Positions 61,482-64,000 of a stretch of DNA of 64,000 bases are shown here, one piece after another. Both the position numbers and the translations under genes were made by a program. The stretch lies in the NCBI GenBank assembly GCA_964036045.1, contig OZ038378.1, forward strand, positions 194,680,001-194,744,000, in the 5' to 3' direction. Each line of letters starts with the position of its first letter. Position 1 is the stretch's first letter. The notes under the pieces were generated by a model, which was not told the origin of the DNA, ran no database searches, and saw only the letters and a program-made list of their open reading frames with translations. This DNA is from Eutreptiella sp. 'Long Island Sound 2002'. Its lineage: Eukaryota > Protista > Euglenida.

Positions 61482-63985
61482 ACCAGAGCCTCCTGCACAG
61501 CAACAAAAAGCAAACAAACTGCAGCTGTCAAGTCCACTGCTGCGTCCGCGTAGCAGTCAGCGGTGGGATAGATTTATAGTGGACTGGATGGTGGTCGGCG
61601 CACACCTGCCGGCGCATGGCACGTGCCGGCAAGGCGGGGGCGCACTGCCGCGGGTGATGCGCCAGCCACCGAGGCAGCTCTCGGCGTAATATAAAACGGG
61701 TGGTAGGTTCCCGGACGGAAAGTGCTGTCGAGCACCCTGCGCCTACGGCCCTGCCCGAGACCCTGGTCTGTTCGAGTACTGCTGCTGCGAGGGATCCGAC
61801 ACCGCCTCACGGACCCAGGGGGTTGGGGGGGTACGTCCGCGCACACTCCTGCCCCACAGCCACCGAACCGGCTGACCTTTCCCCCCCGTTGGGCCCCAGT
61901 GCCCAGTGTGTGGCGCTTGATGCCTGGCATACTGCGAGTCTTGGCACTCCGAAAGATCTGCCCCCAAACGGGCCCTGAGGTGCCAAAGCAACATCGCCTG
62001 ACGCTCTGCAGCTCCGGCCCAAATGTCAGAGGGTCCGATGTACAAACAGAACAGAATACATGGCCCAGCACCGCCCCACGCGACAAAAAATATTGGCAAC
62101 ACCGACAGCACCGCAACCACCAACACCACCACTCCGTCGCATGTCATGTTTGAAGGGGAACGAGTTGTGCGCGTTGTTGCCCTACGAGGCTTGGGCCCTC
62201 CTCCCTCCCGAGTATGGGCTCCCTTGAGCCCTGCACAATGTGACCGTGTGTCCCTCTTCCACCATCACCGGGCAGCTCGTCCTCGCCCACTCCCTCTCCA
62301 TCTCCATCCCCCGCCAGCAGACATGGCCCCATCCGAGCATCGGCCGGGGCATCTCCGCCTGCGGCCCGCTGCTTGTGCGTTAGCATTTGATTTGTCATGT
62401 TAAAGGCTCCTTACCCCAAAACCGTTGTGTAAAAATCCTGCCAAATGATTTGTAAAAATGCGTCTTCGTCACGACAATGGAATTGAGTTAAAAAAAGATA
62501 CCCACTGTGAGGCTCAGTTTTGAGAAAAAGAGGCGTCTTGTGATGGCATGGGGATCACGTTCCCCATCTCCACCCTTGCGGTGCTGTGCTGAGCAAGGGC
62601 AATTGGGCAATGGAGTGCTGCCGGGGAGTCGCTTACGGCTCGCGAGCGCCAATGCAATGGGCACGGGCAAACTTTTCCGGATTCTCCTTCTGGTGCTTCA
62701 GGGTTGGAGTGCATTGGGGCGCGACAGCCGTGGTGACAGAGGAGGGGGTGTGGGCCTGTGGCAGTGTCACTGACTGGGATTTTCTTGGCTGGATATCGTG
62801 GCGCTCCTGGACAAACTCAAGGTAAGCCCAGGGTAGTTATCAAGATTGTGTGGGAACTGCGTCCACATCATGTACACATCAGTGGGTAGGCGTCCCAGCC
62901 CTCCAAGGGGAGCGGGGGGTGAGGCTGGGTATGTGTGCTGGTTGGCGCTTCCAGGTGCACGCACTGGTTCGGGCTTTTAGGAGGAAATTATCTGTCCACG
63001 CCGTGGAAACATATTTCTGGTAAGAGTGGTACAGGTGTCCCTATGCTCCATTGGGTGGTGGGGTGGGGGGTGGGGGGTGGGGGGGGGCTATGCCATTTCA
63101 AGCAGTTGGAGCCTCTTCGAAAATTCCCACCCCCGCACACCCGACCCTTAAGCTGGCATGGCATGGAAAGCTATTGGGCAGCCTTTTGCTTTGCACGCAG
63201 CTTTGGTGACACCTCAGGCCCAATGTGGGTATGATGCCGGACTTGGGCTATGGTTAGTGGACTCATAAGAAATCCAACACTGAGCTCTCGAAAGCATTCC
63301 AATGTTGGGTACGTGTTGGACATGTGGAGGACTGACAGCCAGTAAATCCTTGGAATCTCCCAGGCAACCACATCCATTCAAAGATGATGAAACAAAGTGG
63401 CCTCATTCGGAACCCTCACATTGACTCCAAACCCCACTGATACTGTTCAGCGGCAGATTGGCATCAAACACTACTCGCTGTAGTGCTGCGGACTAATTCA
63501 GGCTCAAACACCCATTCATGTGCAGCTTGTGCCTGCCCTAACAGGCAGATTGACCGTCGTATTGCAGAGCATTCCCTGGGCTCAACCCACCGAAGGACAA
63601 AACCATACCACCCACGGACCACCCACTGAATTTCCAGCCTGCATCTCCCTCTCCTCGCAAATGCTCTCAATCCCATGCAAATGTATAGAGACTGGCACAA
63701 TCGCTTGCTTGCTGTTTGATGTGCACATGCGAATCCCTTGAGCCTGTGCAATTGCAAAGACATTACATATGTCCCAAGTCCATTCCACATCATTCTGTTG
63801 AGCCCAGGACCTTCAGCCCCTCTGCTGTTGCCTTCATCATCAACCCTAAGAATGAGGAGAGAAATGCAGACAACCTCCACATGGAGGAGACACAGTAGCC
63901 AACAAGCCCAAGAGGGATGGAAAATATTCTGCAGCCTCCAGTGAAATACACTGCATCTCGAACTGTCATAATGATCAATGGACTG
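61482..63985 (-). repeat. Right arm of the 2,504-bp inverted repeat
   Basis: Mirror of 38291-40794; similarity stops at 63985 (gactg|gacaaaacattatta). Confidence 0.97.
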
Positions 63986-64000
63986 GACAAAACATTATTA

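Noticed and set aside
61366-61495. Minus-strand exon RLWCSPTINNTVQNNEG...FSTMAK
   Set aside because: It has AG/GT boundaries but overlaps the gcgctgtgc repeat family and has no compatible neighbouring exons
38291-63985. Autonomous DNA transposon, Polinton/Maverick or endogenous virus
   Set aside because: No TSD at the outer ends (CAGT start but no flanking TA) and no transposase, integrase, pPolB, ATPase or capsid motifs recognised

Overview
Repeat-rich eukaryotic genomic DNA with long GT-AG introns and many poly-G/poly-C tracts; the organism cannot be identified from the sequence alone. Most ORFs in the supplied track are spurious. Left part (1-35.7 kb): one spliced + strand gene, a USP7/UBP12-13-like ubiquitin-specific protease that starts upstream of the window. 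I reconstructed 19 phase-compatible exons from 782 to the TGA at 35708-35710, covering the C-terminal half of the catalytic domain and the UBL tail. The catalytic domain carries an unusual Cys-flanked Ser/Pro-rich insertion. The introns are filled with dispersed repeats, a tRNA-headed SINE with a 15-bp TSD and fold-back microsatellites. Right part (38.3-64.0 kb): a 25.7-kb segment bounded by two apparently identical 2,504-bp inverted arms (38291-40794 and 61482-63985) with no TSD. Inside it are an ~8.8-copy ~990-bp tandem array starting exactly at the inner end of the left arm, a 712-bp duplication of the array border, a MITE, an intronless head-to-tail minus-strand gene pair (a secreted SGNH-type hydrolase and a GC-rich carbonyl-reductase-like SDR interrupted by one in-frame TAG), a Ty3/Gypsy RT fragment and an older diverged inverted repeat pair. 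This IR-bounded, cargo-bearing segment is the main candidate for something new, but an assembly artefact has to be excluded first.
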